Origin: Schaalia meyeri
GTDB taxonomy: Bacteria > Actinomycetota > Actinomycetes > Actinomycetales > Actinomycetaceae
Direction: 5' to 3'
Length of the DNA stretch: 32,000 nucleotides
NCBI RefSeq assembly: GCF_900105015.1
Contig: NZ_FNLK01000001.1
Location: 1-32,000 of the forward strand
Shown here: piece by piece, positions 6,666-15,249 of the stretch
How the letters are laid out: every line of letters begins with the position of its first letter
Numbering within the stretch: the stretch's first letter is position 1
Program-made: the position numbers and the translations under genes
Notes under the pieces: model-generated
Seen by the model: the letters and a program-made list of their open reading frames with translations, nothing else
Databases searched by the model: none
What the model was told of the DNA's origin: nothing

Positions 6666-8030
6666 GTGATGAGCGTGCGGCCCTACGTGGCGGGCGTCGA
6701 TTCGTCGACGCAGTCGTGCAAGGTACTTGTGTGGGATCCGGCGAGCGGCCAGGTCGTGCGTGAGGGGCGCGCCCCTCACCCAGAGGGCACTGAGGTGGAT
6801 CCCGAGGCGTGGTGGGACGCGTTCTTAAAGGCGGTGGACGCGGCGGGCGGCCTGGATGACGTGGGCGCGCTGAGCGTGGGCGGCCAGCAGCACGGCATGG
6901 TGGTGTTGGACGAGCACGGCCGGGTGATCCGGCCGGCGCTGCTGTGGAACGATACGCGCAGCGCGGGAGCGGCCCGGGACCTGATCGCCGAGCGCACGGG
7001 CGGGGGCGACGCAAACGACGCATCGGGCGCGGCCTGGTGGGCGGATGCGACGGGTTCCGTTCCCGTCGCGTCGTTGACGGTCACGAAGCTGCGGTGGCTG
7101 GCCGATCACGAGCCCGAGGCAGCGGCGCGCGTGGCGGCCGTGTGCCTCCCGCACGACTACCTGACGTGGCGGATCGCCGGCGGCTTTAAGCGGCTGGGCC
7201 TCGAAGGTTTGGCGACGGATCGGTCGGACGCCTCGGGTACGGGGTACGTGGACCGGTCGGGTCGGGCGTATCGGCTAGATATCCTCGCCCGCGCGCTTCG
7301 GTGCGACGCGGAGCGGGCACAGCGAATCGTGCTCCCCCGGATCGCCGGACCAAACCAGGTGGTGGCCCGCGGGGATGACGCGCGCGGCTGGGGGGACATC
7401 GTGTTGGGTCCCGGTGCGGGCGATAACGCGGCGGCGGCGCTGGGCGTTGGGTTGACGCCGGGGTCGGCGCTGCTGAGCTTGGGCACGTCGGGCGTGGTTG
7501 CGGCCGTGTCGGACCGCCCGGTCTCGGATGCGTCTGGCCTGGTGACGGGCTTCTCGGATGCGTCGGGGCGCTGGCTGCCACTGGCGTGCACGCTGAACGC
7601 GTCGCGGATTATCGACGCCATGATGCGGGTGACGGGCCTGGGGTACGCGGAGTTTGACGAGGCCGCCCTGTCCGTCCCGGACGCGGGCGGGCTGCGGCTC
7701 ACCCCCTATTTCGAGGGCGAACGTACTCCGAACCTGCCGGATGCGACGGCGACGCTGGAGGGAATGACGCTGGCGAATTGCGACCGCGCGCACGTGGCCC
7801 GAGCGACCATCGAGGGCCTGCTGACGCTCATGCGCGGCGCGCTGGACGCGGTTAGGGCACAGGGCGTTCCCGTCGAGCGGGTGCTCCTGGTGGGCGGGGG
7901 CGCGCGCTCACACGCGGTACAGGCGCTGGCCTCGGAGGCGCTGGGTGCCCGCGTGGATATCCCGAGCCCCGGAGAATACGTGGCTCTGGGGGCGGCGAAA
8001 CAGGCGGCCGCTCTGGACGAACGAGGCTAA
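6666..8030 (+). CDS. xylB: Xylulokinase (FGGY family)
   Basis: N-terminus is VAGVDSSTQSCKVLVWD. Also present: GGQQHGMVVLDE, LWNDTRS and the C-terminal LVGGGARS motif. It lies immediately downstream of xylA. The start is GTG 6666 or ATG 6669. Confidence 0.93.
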   Translation: MMSVRPYVAGVDSSTQSCKVLVWDPASGQVVREGRAPHPEGTEVDPEAWWDAFLKAVDAAGGLDDVGALSVGGQQHGMVVLDEHGRVIRPALLWNDTRSAGAARDLIAERTGGGDANDASGAAWWADATGSVPVASLTVTKLRWLADHEPEAAARVAAVCLPHDYLTWRIAGGFKRLGLEGLATDRSDASGTGYVDRSGRAYRLDILARALRCDAERAQRIVLPRIAGPNQVVARGDDARGWGDIVLGPGAGDNAAAALGVGLTPGSALLSLGTSGVVAAVSDRPVSDASGLVTGFSDASGRWLPLACTLNASRIIDAMMRVTGLGYAEFDEAALSVPDAGGLRLTPYFEGERTPNLPDATATLEGMTLANCDRAHVARATIEGLLTLMRGALDAVRAQGVPVERVLLVGGGARSHAVQALASEALGARVDIPSPGEYVALGAAKQAAALDERG

Positions 8031-8240
8031 ACCTGACTCCATGCCGCTTGGGTGGAGATCGTTTATCTGGATGGGTTTTCCGTTGATAGCCGGTGGCGGT
8101 TTTGGCGTGCCCGAGGACCTGTCCGCCCAGGAGAATAATGGGAGGCGAGGTCCGCCTGTGCACAAACGGCGCGGCGGGGTCCCCGTGAACGCGTCCGCTT
8201 CTTGTGTGCGCCGCAGCTCTCGTTGACCCGGCGACCGTCG

Positions 8241-8274
8241 CCCGGGGGACGTGGCCACCGCCTCGTCCCCCGGG
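8241..8274 (-). terminator. GC hairpin downstream of the ABC permease gene (candidate terminator)
   Basis: CCCGGGGGAC (8241-8250) and GTCCCCCGGG (8265-8274) form a perfect 10-bp stem with a 14-nt loop. It sits between convergent xylB and mmsB. There is no U-tract. Confidence 0.3.
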
Positions 8275-8328
8275 CCTGTGCCCTGCGCGCCACCAATGCC
8301 AGCGGCTACCACCAGCACGGCCGCGGCG

Positions 8329-9534
8329 CTACCCCTCGGCGCTGCGCGCCTTGTTGAGCTGGTCGAATGCGATGGCGATGACCAGCACCAGGCCCTTGAT
8401 GGCCTGCTGCCAGGCGGAATCCACCGTCATGATCGACAGCCCCATGTTGAGCACACCCATGAAGAGCGCGCCGATGATGGTACCCGATATCCGCCCGATG
8501 CCGCCCCACACGGCGGCGCCGCCGATGAAGCAGGCCGCGATGACGTCCAGCTCATAGTTCAGGCCGGCGGCGGACACCGCCGCGCCCGCGCGGGAGGTCG
8601 TGACGATGGCGCCGATAGCGGCCAATAACCCCATGTTGACGAAGATCCAAAAGTTGATGGACCGCACGGAGATGCCCGACAGCTTCGCCGCCTCGCGGTT
8701 GCCGCCCACGGCGTAAATGTAGCGCCCGAAGGTCGTCTTGTTGAGGACAAAGGCGTAGACCAGCACCAGGACCGCGCAGATCACGAGGACGAAGGGCAGG
8801 CCGATGGCGGAACCCGACAGGATGAAAGCGAAGGCGATGACGAACACGCCGACCCCCACCATTTTCACGACGGCCAGCCACAGGGGCTCGACGACGAGGC
8901 CGTGCCTGACCAGGGAGGCACGCCTGCGCAGCTGCGACACAGCGAACACGGCGGCCAGGACCACGCCGAGCACGACGGTGAAGACGTCGTAGACACCGAT
9001 GTAGCCGAACCATCCCAGGATGCCCGCGTTGGAGATCTGGACGAACCCGGCGGGCAGGGGCGCGATCGTCTGGGGGATGAGGACGATCGCCAGGCCGCGG
9101 AACAGCAGCATGCCAGCCAGGGTGACGATGAACCCTGGGATTCTCACGAAGGCTACCCAAAAGCCCTGCCAGGCTCCCACGGCCAGGCCGATCGCGAGCG
9201 CCAGCACGACGGCCAAGCCCCACGGCAGGTTCCACTGCGCCATCGCGATCCCCAGCACGCCGCCGATGAAGGCGATGAGGGATCCGACGGACAGGTCGAT
9301 GTGGCCGGCAATGATGATCATCAGCATACCGATCGCCATGATGATGACGTAGGCATTCTGCTGGATCAGGGAGGCGACGTTGTTGCTGCGAAGCAGCCTC
9401 CCACCGGTCATCACCTCGAAGAATATGACGACCGCGACCAGCGCCAGCGTGATCCCGTATTGGCCCAGATCGATTCTTTTCAGCCACGAGGTCTTTTCGG
9501 ATGGGACCGCGGCTTCTGCGGTTTGTGTGCTCAC
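8329..9534 (-). CDS. mmsB: Multiple-monosaccharide (CUT2) ABC transporter permease, XylH/GguB/MmsB-like
   Basis: 401 aa and about 10 hydrophobic segments. It resembles XylH/GguB-type permeases. GTG start at 9534 with an AAGGAG RBS. It is the last gene of the SBP-ATPase-permease operon. Confidence 0.9.
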   Translation of the reverse strand: MSTQTAEAAVPSEKTSWLKRIDLGQYGITLALVAVVIFFEVMTGGRLLRSNNVASLIQQNAYVIIMAIGMLMIIIAGHIDLSVGSLIAFIGGVLGIAMAQWNLPWGLAVVLALAIGLAVGAWQGFWVAFVRIPGFIVTLAGMLLFRGLAIVLIPQTIAPLPAGFVQISNAGILGWFGYIGVYDVFTVVLGVVLAAVFAVSQLRRRASLVRHGLVVEPLWLAVVKMVGVGVFVIAFAFILSGSAIGLPFVLVICAVLVLVYAFVLNKTTFGRYIYAVGGNREAAKLSGISVRSINFWIFVNMGLLAAIGAIVTTSRAGAAVSAAGLNYELDVIAACFIGGAAVWGGIGRISGTIIGALFMGVLNMGLSIMTVDSAWQQAIKGLVLVIAIAFDQLNKARSAEG

Positions 9535-9547
9535 GGCAGAGACTCCT

Positions 9548-11089
9548 TCAGTTCTCTTGCATCATGTGGGACATGAGGATTTCTTGGGTGGCGTCCGCGC
9601 GCTCCACCTCGCCGGTGATGCGCCCGTAGCTCAGGGTGTAGATGCGGTCGCACAGGCCCAGCAGCTCCACCAGTTCCGAGGAGATGACCACCACGGCTTT
9701 GCCCGAGTCGGCCAACTCGTTGATGAGGGTGTAGATTTCGTACTTCGCGCCGATGTCGATGCCGCGAGTCGGCTCGTCCAGGATGAGCACATCCGGTTCT
9801 GTGAGCAGCCACTTCGACAGCACGACCTTCTGCTGGTTCCCCCCGGACAGGGTCTCGACCGCAACATCCACGGAGCGTGCTTTCGTGCGGGTCTTCGCCC
9901 GTTGCGCCTCGGCCAGCTGGTACTCCGTGATGTCGGAGATGACGCCCGCCGTGGAGACGCGGTCCATCGACGCCGACGTCGCGTTGTGCTTGATCGAGGC
10001 GATCAGGTTGAGCCCGTAGCGCTTCCGGTCCTCCGAGGCGTAGGCGATCCCCGCCTCGATGGCCGCTTTCACGGACGTGACCTCGATGCGCTTGCCACGC
10101 AGGTAGAGGTCCCCGGACTCGTAGCGGCCCCACGAGCGCCCGAAGATGCTCATGGCCAGCTCGGTCCGACCCGCCCCCATAAGGCCCGCGATCCCAACGA
10201 TCTCCCCCGCCCTGGCCGTGAGGGACACGTCGTGCAGGGCCCGGCGGCCGTTGACGGGGTTGACAACCGACCAGTTCTCCACGCGGAGCACCTCGTCGCC
10301 GATGTGCGGCTCGTGGTCGGGGAACCGATTCTCCATCGCGCGCCCGACCATGTCGCGGATGAGGGCGTCCTCCGTGATCTCCCCGCCGGCGCGCACGTCG
10401 TGGGTCCTGATGGTCTGGCCATCGCGTATGACGGTGACGCGGTCGGCGATGGATCGGATCTCCGACAGCTTATGCGAGATGATGACGCACGAGATCCCGC
10501 TCTGCTTGAGCCCAACGATGAGGTCGAGCAGTTTCTGGGAGTCGTCGTCGTTGAGGGCGGCCGTGGGCTCGTCCAGGATGAGGACGCGCACCTCCTTGCC
10601 CAGCGCCTTGGCTATCTCGATGAGTTGCTGCTTGCCGACGCCGACGTCGCTGACCCTCGTCGAGGGCGACTCGTCCAGCCCGACCTTCGTCATGAGTTCC
10701 TTTGCCTCGGCGTTGGTGCGATCCCAGTCGATGACCCCGTGGGTGGCGCGCTCGTTGCCCAGGAAGATGTTCTCCGCTATCGACAGGTGGGGCGAGAGAG
10801 CCAGCTCCTGCTGAATGACGACGATGCCGTCTTTTTCGGAGTCCTTCACGGATCGGTAGATGGCCTCGCGGCCGTCGAGGAGGATCCTGCCCTCGTAGGA
10901 CCCGTGGGGGTGGACGCCGGAGAGCACCTTCATGAGGGTTGATTTGCCGGCGCCGTTTTCACCGCAGATCGCGTGGATCTCGTTTTCCCTGACGTCGAAT
11001 GTCACGTGCGAGAGCGCTATGACGCCCGGGAAGCCCTTGGATATGTCCTCCATCTTCAGTATGACGGCGGACTGTGCTTGCTCTGTCAT
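9548..11089 (-). CDS. mmsA: Multiple-monosaccharide ABC transporter ATP-binding protein (two fused NBDs), XylG/GguA/MmsA-like
   Basis: Walker [10 protein letters not shown], signature LSGGNQQKV, and Walker B ILDEPT in both halves. Start trimmed to [20 protein letters not shown] (ATG 11089, GGGAGAA RBS). The longer track ORF has an R/G-rich extension. Confidence 0.93.
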   Translation of the reverse strand: MTEQAQSAVILKMEDISKGFPGVIALSHVTFDVRENEIHAICGENGAGKSTLMKVLSGVHPHGSYEGRILLDGREAIYRSVKDSEKDGIVVIQQELALSPHLSIAENIFLGNERATHGVIDWDRTNAEAKELMTKVGLDESPSTRVSDVGVGKQQLIEIAKALGKEVRVLILDEPTAALNDDDSQKLLDLIVGLKQSGISCVIISHKLSEIRSIADRVTVIRDGQTIRTHDVRAGGEITEDALIRDMVGRAMENRFPDHEPHIGDEVLRVENWSVVNPVNGRRALHDVSLTARAGEIVGIAGLMGAGRTELAMSIFGRSWGRYESGDLYLRGKRIEVTSVKAAIEAGIAYASEDRKRYGLNLIASIKHNATSASMDRVSTAGVISDITEYQLAEAQRAKTRTKARSVDVAVETLSGGNQQKVVLSKWLLTEPDVLILDEPTRGIDIGAKYEIYTLINELADSGKAVVVISSELVELLGLCDRIYTLSYGRITGEVERADATQEILMSHMMQEN

Positions 11090-11152
11090 GGGGTTCTCCC
11101 AACCTCGGGGTGCGCCGGGGAGCGTGCCCCGGCGCACCGCGGGGTCATTGAT

Positions 11153-12277
11153 TTACTCGAGTCCGATGTCCGACGCCGTGTAGTACCCCGAGTCCACGAG
11201 GACCTTTTTCACGGTGTCCTTCGTGACGGTCTGGGGCGTCAGCAGGTAGGTGGGGACCACCTTCACGCCGTTGTCGTACGTGGTGGTGTCGTTGATGTCG
11301 ACCTGCTGGCCGGACACGATCTGGTCGATCATCGACGCGGTCTGCTCCGCCTCGAGTTCGGTGTTCTTCAGCACGTCCATCGCCTGTTTCCCGGCGATCA
11401 CGTTCTTGATGTTTGCCTTGTCGCAGTCCTGGCCGGTGATCAGGGGGTAGTCCGGTCCCGGCGTGTAGCCGGAGCCCTCGAGCGCCTGTGCAATGCCCAG
11501 GGCCAGCGAGTCGTTGGGCGACAGGACAACGTCCACCGTGGTGCCGTCGGAGTAGAAGGAGTTGATGCGGTTCTCCATCTCGGCCTGCGCGTCGTCCGAG
11601 CTCCACCCGAAGATTCCGATGGACTGCCACTCGTCGTTGGTCTTGGGCGCCTTGCCCGACCGGACCTGGAGCGTGCCGTTCTCCACCAGCGGGAGCAGGA
11701 CGTCCCACGCCCCGGCGAAGAAGTACTTCGCGTTGTTGTCGTCCGGCGACCCCGCGAAGGGCTCCAGGTAGATGGGCTGTGTCATGGACGACACCTGCTC
11801 CTTGATGTACTCACCCTGCAGCTGCCCGACCCTGTAGTTGTCGAAGGTCACGTAGTAGTCGACGCTCTCAGTGGCGTTGATCAGGCGATCGTAGGCGATG
11901 ACCTTGATGCCCGCGTTGGCCGCCTTTTGCAGGACCGGCCCCAGGGCGGTGCCGTCGATCGAGGCGACGACGAGGATTTTGGCCCCCTGGGTGATCATGT
12001 TTTCGATCTGGGTAATCTGCTGATCGACCTTGTTGTCCGCGTACTGCAGGGACGTCTGGTAGCCCTTCCCCTTGAGGATATCCTCCAGGTGGGAACCGTC
12101 GCGGTTCCACCGCTCCAGGGACTTCGTGGGCATCGCGATCCCCACGAGGGTGTCCGAGGCGCTGGCCCCTCCCGTGCCCCCGGCGCCATCGCCCCCGCGC
12201 TCGGAGCTGCACGCCCCGAGCCCGGCGAGGGCGATGGCACACGTGGCGGTCACTGCGAATAGTCTGATGGGTTTCAT
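11153..12277 (-). CDS. chvE: ChvE-type multiple-sugar-binding lipoprotein (CUT2 ABC substrate-binding protein)
   Basis: Start trimmed to MKPIRLFAVTATCAIALAGLGAC (ATG 12277, AGGAGG RBS, lipobox L-G-A-C). The blocks IAMPTKSLERWNRDG...LQYADNKVDQQITQIENMITQGAKILVVASIDGT...IKVIAYDRLI closely resemble ChvE / multiple-monosaccharide binding proteins. Confidence 0.92.
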   Translation of the reverse strand: MKPIRLFAVTATCAIALAGLGACSSERGGDGAGGTGGASASDTLVGIAMPTKSLERWNRDGSHLEDILKGKGYQTSLQYADNKVDQQITQIENMITQGAKILVVASIDGTALGPVLQKAANAGIKVIAYDRLINATESVDYYVTFDNYRVGQLQGEYIKEQVSSMTQPIYLEPFAGSPDDNNAKYFFAGAWDVLLPLVENGTLQVRSGKAPKTNDEWQSIGIFGWSSDDAQAEMENRINSFYSDGTTVDVVLSPNDSLALGIAQALEGSGYTPGPDYPLITGQDCDKANIKNVIAGKQAMDVLKNTELEAEQTASMIDQIVSGQQVDINDTTTYDNGVKVVPTYLLTPQTVTKDTVKKVLVDSGYYTASDIGLE

Positions 12278-12501
12278 GGTGTGTCCTCCTGGCATCGTTG
12301 CCGCGGCGGCCCGTCGCCGCCGTCGTTCGTGGTGGGATGTGTGCGCGAATGTGGTGCCACGGGCCCGCGCGCACGGTTGCGGTGTTCTCGTGCGGGTGGT
12401 GGCATCCGTCGCGTTAGCGCACGGTTGCGACGTGTTTCGGTAGTGGTGCCCCTCTGCGGGTGGCATCTGCCTGCGCGAGGGGGGCGGGCCGGTTGGCCGT
12501 T

Positions 12502-12815
12502 TCAGACCCCGAGCAGCAGCTCGAGACTATACATCTCGAGCCCCTCGTAGTCGTCCTCGGCGATGAGTGCGTCGATAACAGAGGTCGAAGAGGGCTGCCT
12601 TGTCCTCCTTCAGCCGCACGACGCGCGGGGAGTTCTCCAGGTGTTTGAAGCCGAAGCTATCGCCTGTCGAGCGCATCGCCGTGACGCCGATCTTTGCGAA
12701 GCTCGACCTTCCGCGCACGGTGAGCGGCTGCCCGATCTGCGGCCCGCAGATGTCGGCCCCCGCGGCGATATTCCACGGCCCGATCGTGTACTTGACCTGG
12801 TCATCTGTATCGTGT
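12502..12815 (-). pseudogene. Frameshifted remnant of a small unidentified gene between the ABC operon and the second ROK gene
   Basis: Protein-like, GC3-rich minus-strand translation: DQVKYTIGPWNIAAGADICGPQIGQPLTVRGRSSFAKIGVTAMRSTGDSFGFKHLENSPRVVRLKEDKAALFDL. It continues only after a frame change as VIDALIAEDDYEGLEMYSLELLLGV* (TGA at 12502-12504). The only nearby ATG (~12810) is in yet another frame. At least two frame disruptions are therefore needed. Confidence 0.4.
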
Positions 12816-12982
12816 CCTCACTCCGCCGCCCGGGAACGCGGCGCTGCGTACCCATCGGGGCGTGACGGTTGACGGTTGAAACGAACACTGAATAATGTTC
12901 TACGCCGAAACTATAACAGCAACAAAGACCGTGTCAACTGATTTCCGCACAATCATATTGTTTGTAGACTAATCTTGTTGCC

Positions 12983-14263
12983 ATGGCATCCCTGCGATCC
13001 CCCCTCGCCTACGGATTCGCCGGCGGTGGAGCCGTCGGCCAGGCCAACGTGCGCCAGCAGAACCTGGCGCTGCTCAGCCGCGCCATCTACGCCGCCGACG
13101 CGCCGCCCACCCGCGCCGCCCTCACCTCGTCGACCGGACTCGGGCGAGCGACCGTCTCCCGTCTCATCCAGGAGCTCCTCGACTCCGGCTTTGCCCACGA
13201 GCAGGATCCCGGCGGCGCCACCGGCCGGGGGCGCCCGGGCACGCCGATCGCGCCGGCCACCCGGACGATTGCGGCTCTGGGGCTTGAGGCCAACGTCCAC
13301 TTCGTCGCAGGCAGGGCGCTCGACCTCGCGGGGAATACCCTGGCGGAGTTTCGCCTCGACAGCGCCGATACGGAGTCTGATCCAGCGAGGACCCTGCGCC
13401 TGCTCGGCAGGTCCGCGGCCGCGATGGCGACGAACCTGCGCGCGACCGGCACGGAGGTCATTGGCGCGCGCCTGGCCATACCCGGCCTGCTTAACGCCGC
13501 CGACCAGCGCCTCGTGGTGGCCCCCAACCTGGGCTGGTCGGACCTTCACCCCGTGGCCCTGCTCGGCGAGGAGTGGACGGTGTTGGGGGTGCCCACCCTC
13601 ACCTGCAACGATGGCGACCTCCAGGGCCTCACTGCCGCCTACCAGCGCCCCGGCAAGCTGTTGGCCGACGGGGCCTTCTTGTACGTCTTCGGCGATGTGG
13701 GGGTGGGCGGGGCCATCATGGATCGCGGCGCGCCCCTTAGGGGCACCCACGGCTGGGCCGGGGAGGTCGGGCACACCACGGTCCACGCCGACGGGCCGAC
13801 GTGCAAATGCGGATCGCGCGGCTGCCTCGAGGCCTATGCGGGTCAAAACGCGCTGCGCCGCGCGGCCGGGCTGACCCCGGACGCACCCGTCGACGCCCTC
13901 ACCGCGCGCCTGTCCGACGGCGACGAACGCGCGGCCAGGGCCGTCGAGGCGGCGGGCGAAGCGCTGGGGATCGTCATCGCGATAGCCGTGAATCTCCTGG
14001 ACGTCCCCCGGATCGTGTTCGGCACGTCGCTGGGCGTCCTGCTGCCCTGGCTCACGCCGTCGATCACCCGCGAGCTGCGGGCCCGCGTCCTTGGCCACGC
14101 CCGCAGGGAGATCGCGCTCGAGGCCTGCCCCGTCACCGTGCTCCCCGCCTGCACCGGCGGCGCCCTGGAGGTCCTCAACGCCGCGATCGCCCAGCCCGCC
14201 GCTTGGATCCACCGGCACGAGGCCGCGCAGGCCCCGGAAAACACCCAGCAGGAAACGGATTAG
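12983..14263 (+). CDS. ROK-family transcriptional regulator (second copy)
   Basis: HTH region NLALLSRAIYAADAPPTRAALTSSTGLGRATVSRLIQELL. ROK zinc motif GHTTVHADGPTCKCGSRGCLEAY. It is divergent from the chvE-mmsAB operon. Confidence 0.88.
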   Translation: MASLRSPLAYGFAGGGAVGQANVRQQNLALLSRAIYAADAPPTRAALTSSTGLGRATVSRLIQELLDSGFAHEQDPGGATGRGRPGTPIAPATRTIAALGLEANVHFVAGRALDLAGNTLAEFRLDSADTESDPARTLRLLGRSAAAMATNLRATGTEVIGARLAIPGLLNAADQRLVVAPNLGWSDLHPVALLGEEWTVLGVPTLTCNDGDLQGLTAAYQRPGKLLADGAFLYVFGDVGVGGAIMDRGAPLRGTHGWAGEVGHTTVHADGPTCKCGSRGCLEAYAGQNALRRAAGLTPDAPVDALTARLSDGDERAARAVEAAGEALGIVIAIAVNLLDVPRIVFGTSLGVLLPWLTPSITRELRARVLGHARREIALEACPVTVLPACTGGALEVLNAAIAQPAAWIHRHEAAQAPENTQQETD

Positions 14264-14412
14264 GAAAATCCCTGCCTCATTCGCCATTTACGCTCTACAA
14301 CCGAACATAAATCCCGAAGCGGGAAGTGCGCGCTCTCTCAAGGCCCCGGGCGGCCCGCTCTCCTCTCACTTCGCGCGGAGATTGAGGGACTAAAACGCCC
14401 CTCCCCGCAACC

Positions 14413-14455
14413 ATGTCAATAATATGTTGAAGCAACTTCAACATATTATTGACAT
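14413..14455. promoter_or_regulatory. 43-bp perfect palindrome (20-bp arms, 3-nt centre), AT-rich; candidate operator
   Basis: ATGTCAATAATATGTTGAAG-CAA-CTTCAACATATTATTGACAT, checked base by base. It lies 72 nt upstream of the YheO-like gene and overlaps a TTGACA -35 element. Confidence 0.6.
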
Positions 14456-14478
14456 ACGGGGAGTATCACATGTATTCT
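14449..14478 (+). promoter_or_regulatory. Candidate promoter of the yheO-like/patB/nhaC operon
   Basis: TTGACA (14449-14454), 18 nt, TATTCT (14473-14478), about 50 nt upstream of the ATG at 14527. Confidence 0.4.
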
Positions 14479-14526
14479 CAGTGCCACTGATCGGCAACGA
14501 CGTCAATCCTGCACCGAAAGCACACC

Positions 14527-15249
14527 ATGGCTACACCGCACGAAACCGCACAACAGCGGCCGGACGAGCATGAGCGCCTGCTCTCGCTCCTCGTTCAGCT
14601 GGCCAGGCCTCTCCAGGCCAGCATCCCCGGCCAATCGGAGGTCGTCATCCACTACCTCCCTCAGCTGCCCAACTCGATCGTCGCCATCGAAGGCGACGTC
14701 ACGGGCAGGCGCGTCGGAGACCCCGCAACGAACACACTGCTGGAAGCAGCCGCTCAGGGGCAACTGAAAACGAACATCGGGTACACGACACGCGCGCCGG
14801 ACGACCGCACGCTCAGCTCGTCGACGGTGATCGTCACGGACTCCTCGGGCGAAGGCGTGGCCGCACTGTGCATCAACCGTGACGTGACCAAGCTGCTTAA
14901 TGCCCAAGAGATCATCCGAGAACTGCTGCCGGAGGGGGAGGAAACCCCGGCCTCGTCGAGCAGCGTTCCGCCAGCGCAGGCGCGCGAAAACACCGACGAA
15001 CGCTTTGTGCGTGACGTTGACGAGCTGACGCAGCTCCTCCTGCACGAGGCCGTCACCGAGCAGGGCGCCGACCCGCAGAAACTGACGCGGGAGCAGCGTG
15101 TAGCGGCGGTCGTCTCCCTAAAAGACAGGGGCTTTTTCCTCCTGCGTGACGCGGCCGAACAGGCGGCGTCGGCCCTTGGAGTCTCGCGTTTTACCATCTA
15201 CAACTACCTCAACGAGAGCGTTGATGAGGAGGATGAATCACATGTTTGA
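14527..15249 (+). CDS. YheO-family transcriptional regulator (PAS-like sensor plus C-terminal HTH)
   Basis: 240 aa. N-terminal YheO/PAS_6-like region: LLSLLVQLARPLQASIPGQSEVVIHYL...SIVAIEGDVTGRRVGDP...ALCINRDVT. C-terminal HTH: REQRVAAVVSLKDRGFFLLRDAAEQAASALGVSRFTIYNYLNE. Confidence 0.8.
   Translation: MATPHETAQQRPDEHERLLSLLVQLARPLQASIPGQSEVVIHYLPQLPNSIVAIEGDVTGRRVGDPATNTLLEAAAQGQLKTNIGYTTRAPDDRTLSSSTVIVTDSSGEGVAALCINRDVTKLLNAQEIIRELLPEGEETPASSSSVPPAQARENTDERFVRDVDELTQLLLHEAVTEQGADPQKLTREQRVAAVVSLKDRGFFLLRDAAEQAASALGVSRFTIYNYLNESVDEEDESHV

Noticed and set aside
6268-7023. 251-aa Pro/Arg-rich minus-strand ORF across the xylA/xylB junction
   Set aside because: The composition (PRPRRSG repeats) is a frame artefact. 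It overlaps two well-supported genes on the other strand.
8031-8328. Small ORFs (7945..8226 +, 8063..8296 -, 7908..8318 -) in the 298-bp gap between convergent xylB and mmsB
   Set aside because: They show no RBS, odd composition and mutual overlap. The region contains imperfect GC hairpins and is better explained as a convergent terminator region.
9380-12262. Very long plus-strand ORFs (9380..10942, 520 aa; 10973..12262, 429 aa) opposite the ABC ATPase and ChvE genes
   Set aside because: They lie antisense to genes with unmistakable Walker/ABC-signature and ChvE motifs. Their translations are R/G/D/H/V-rich and low-complexity with no recognisable domain. These are typical stop-poor shadow frames of high-GC DNA.
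12953-14287. 444-aa minus-strand ORF, plus several 130-300 aa ORFs, overlapping the second ROK gene
   Set aside because: The antisense or alternative frames are Arg/Gly/Pro-rich. The plus frame at 12983 carries the HTH and the CxCGxxGC ROK zinc motif.
14413-14455. The 43-bp palindrome as the Rho-independent terminator of the upstream ROK gene
   Set aside because: It lies 150 nt past the stop codon, is AT-rich rather than GC-rich, and has no following U-tract. It overlaps a good -35 for the downstream operon, so an operator or promoter role fits better.
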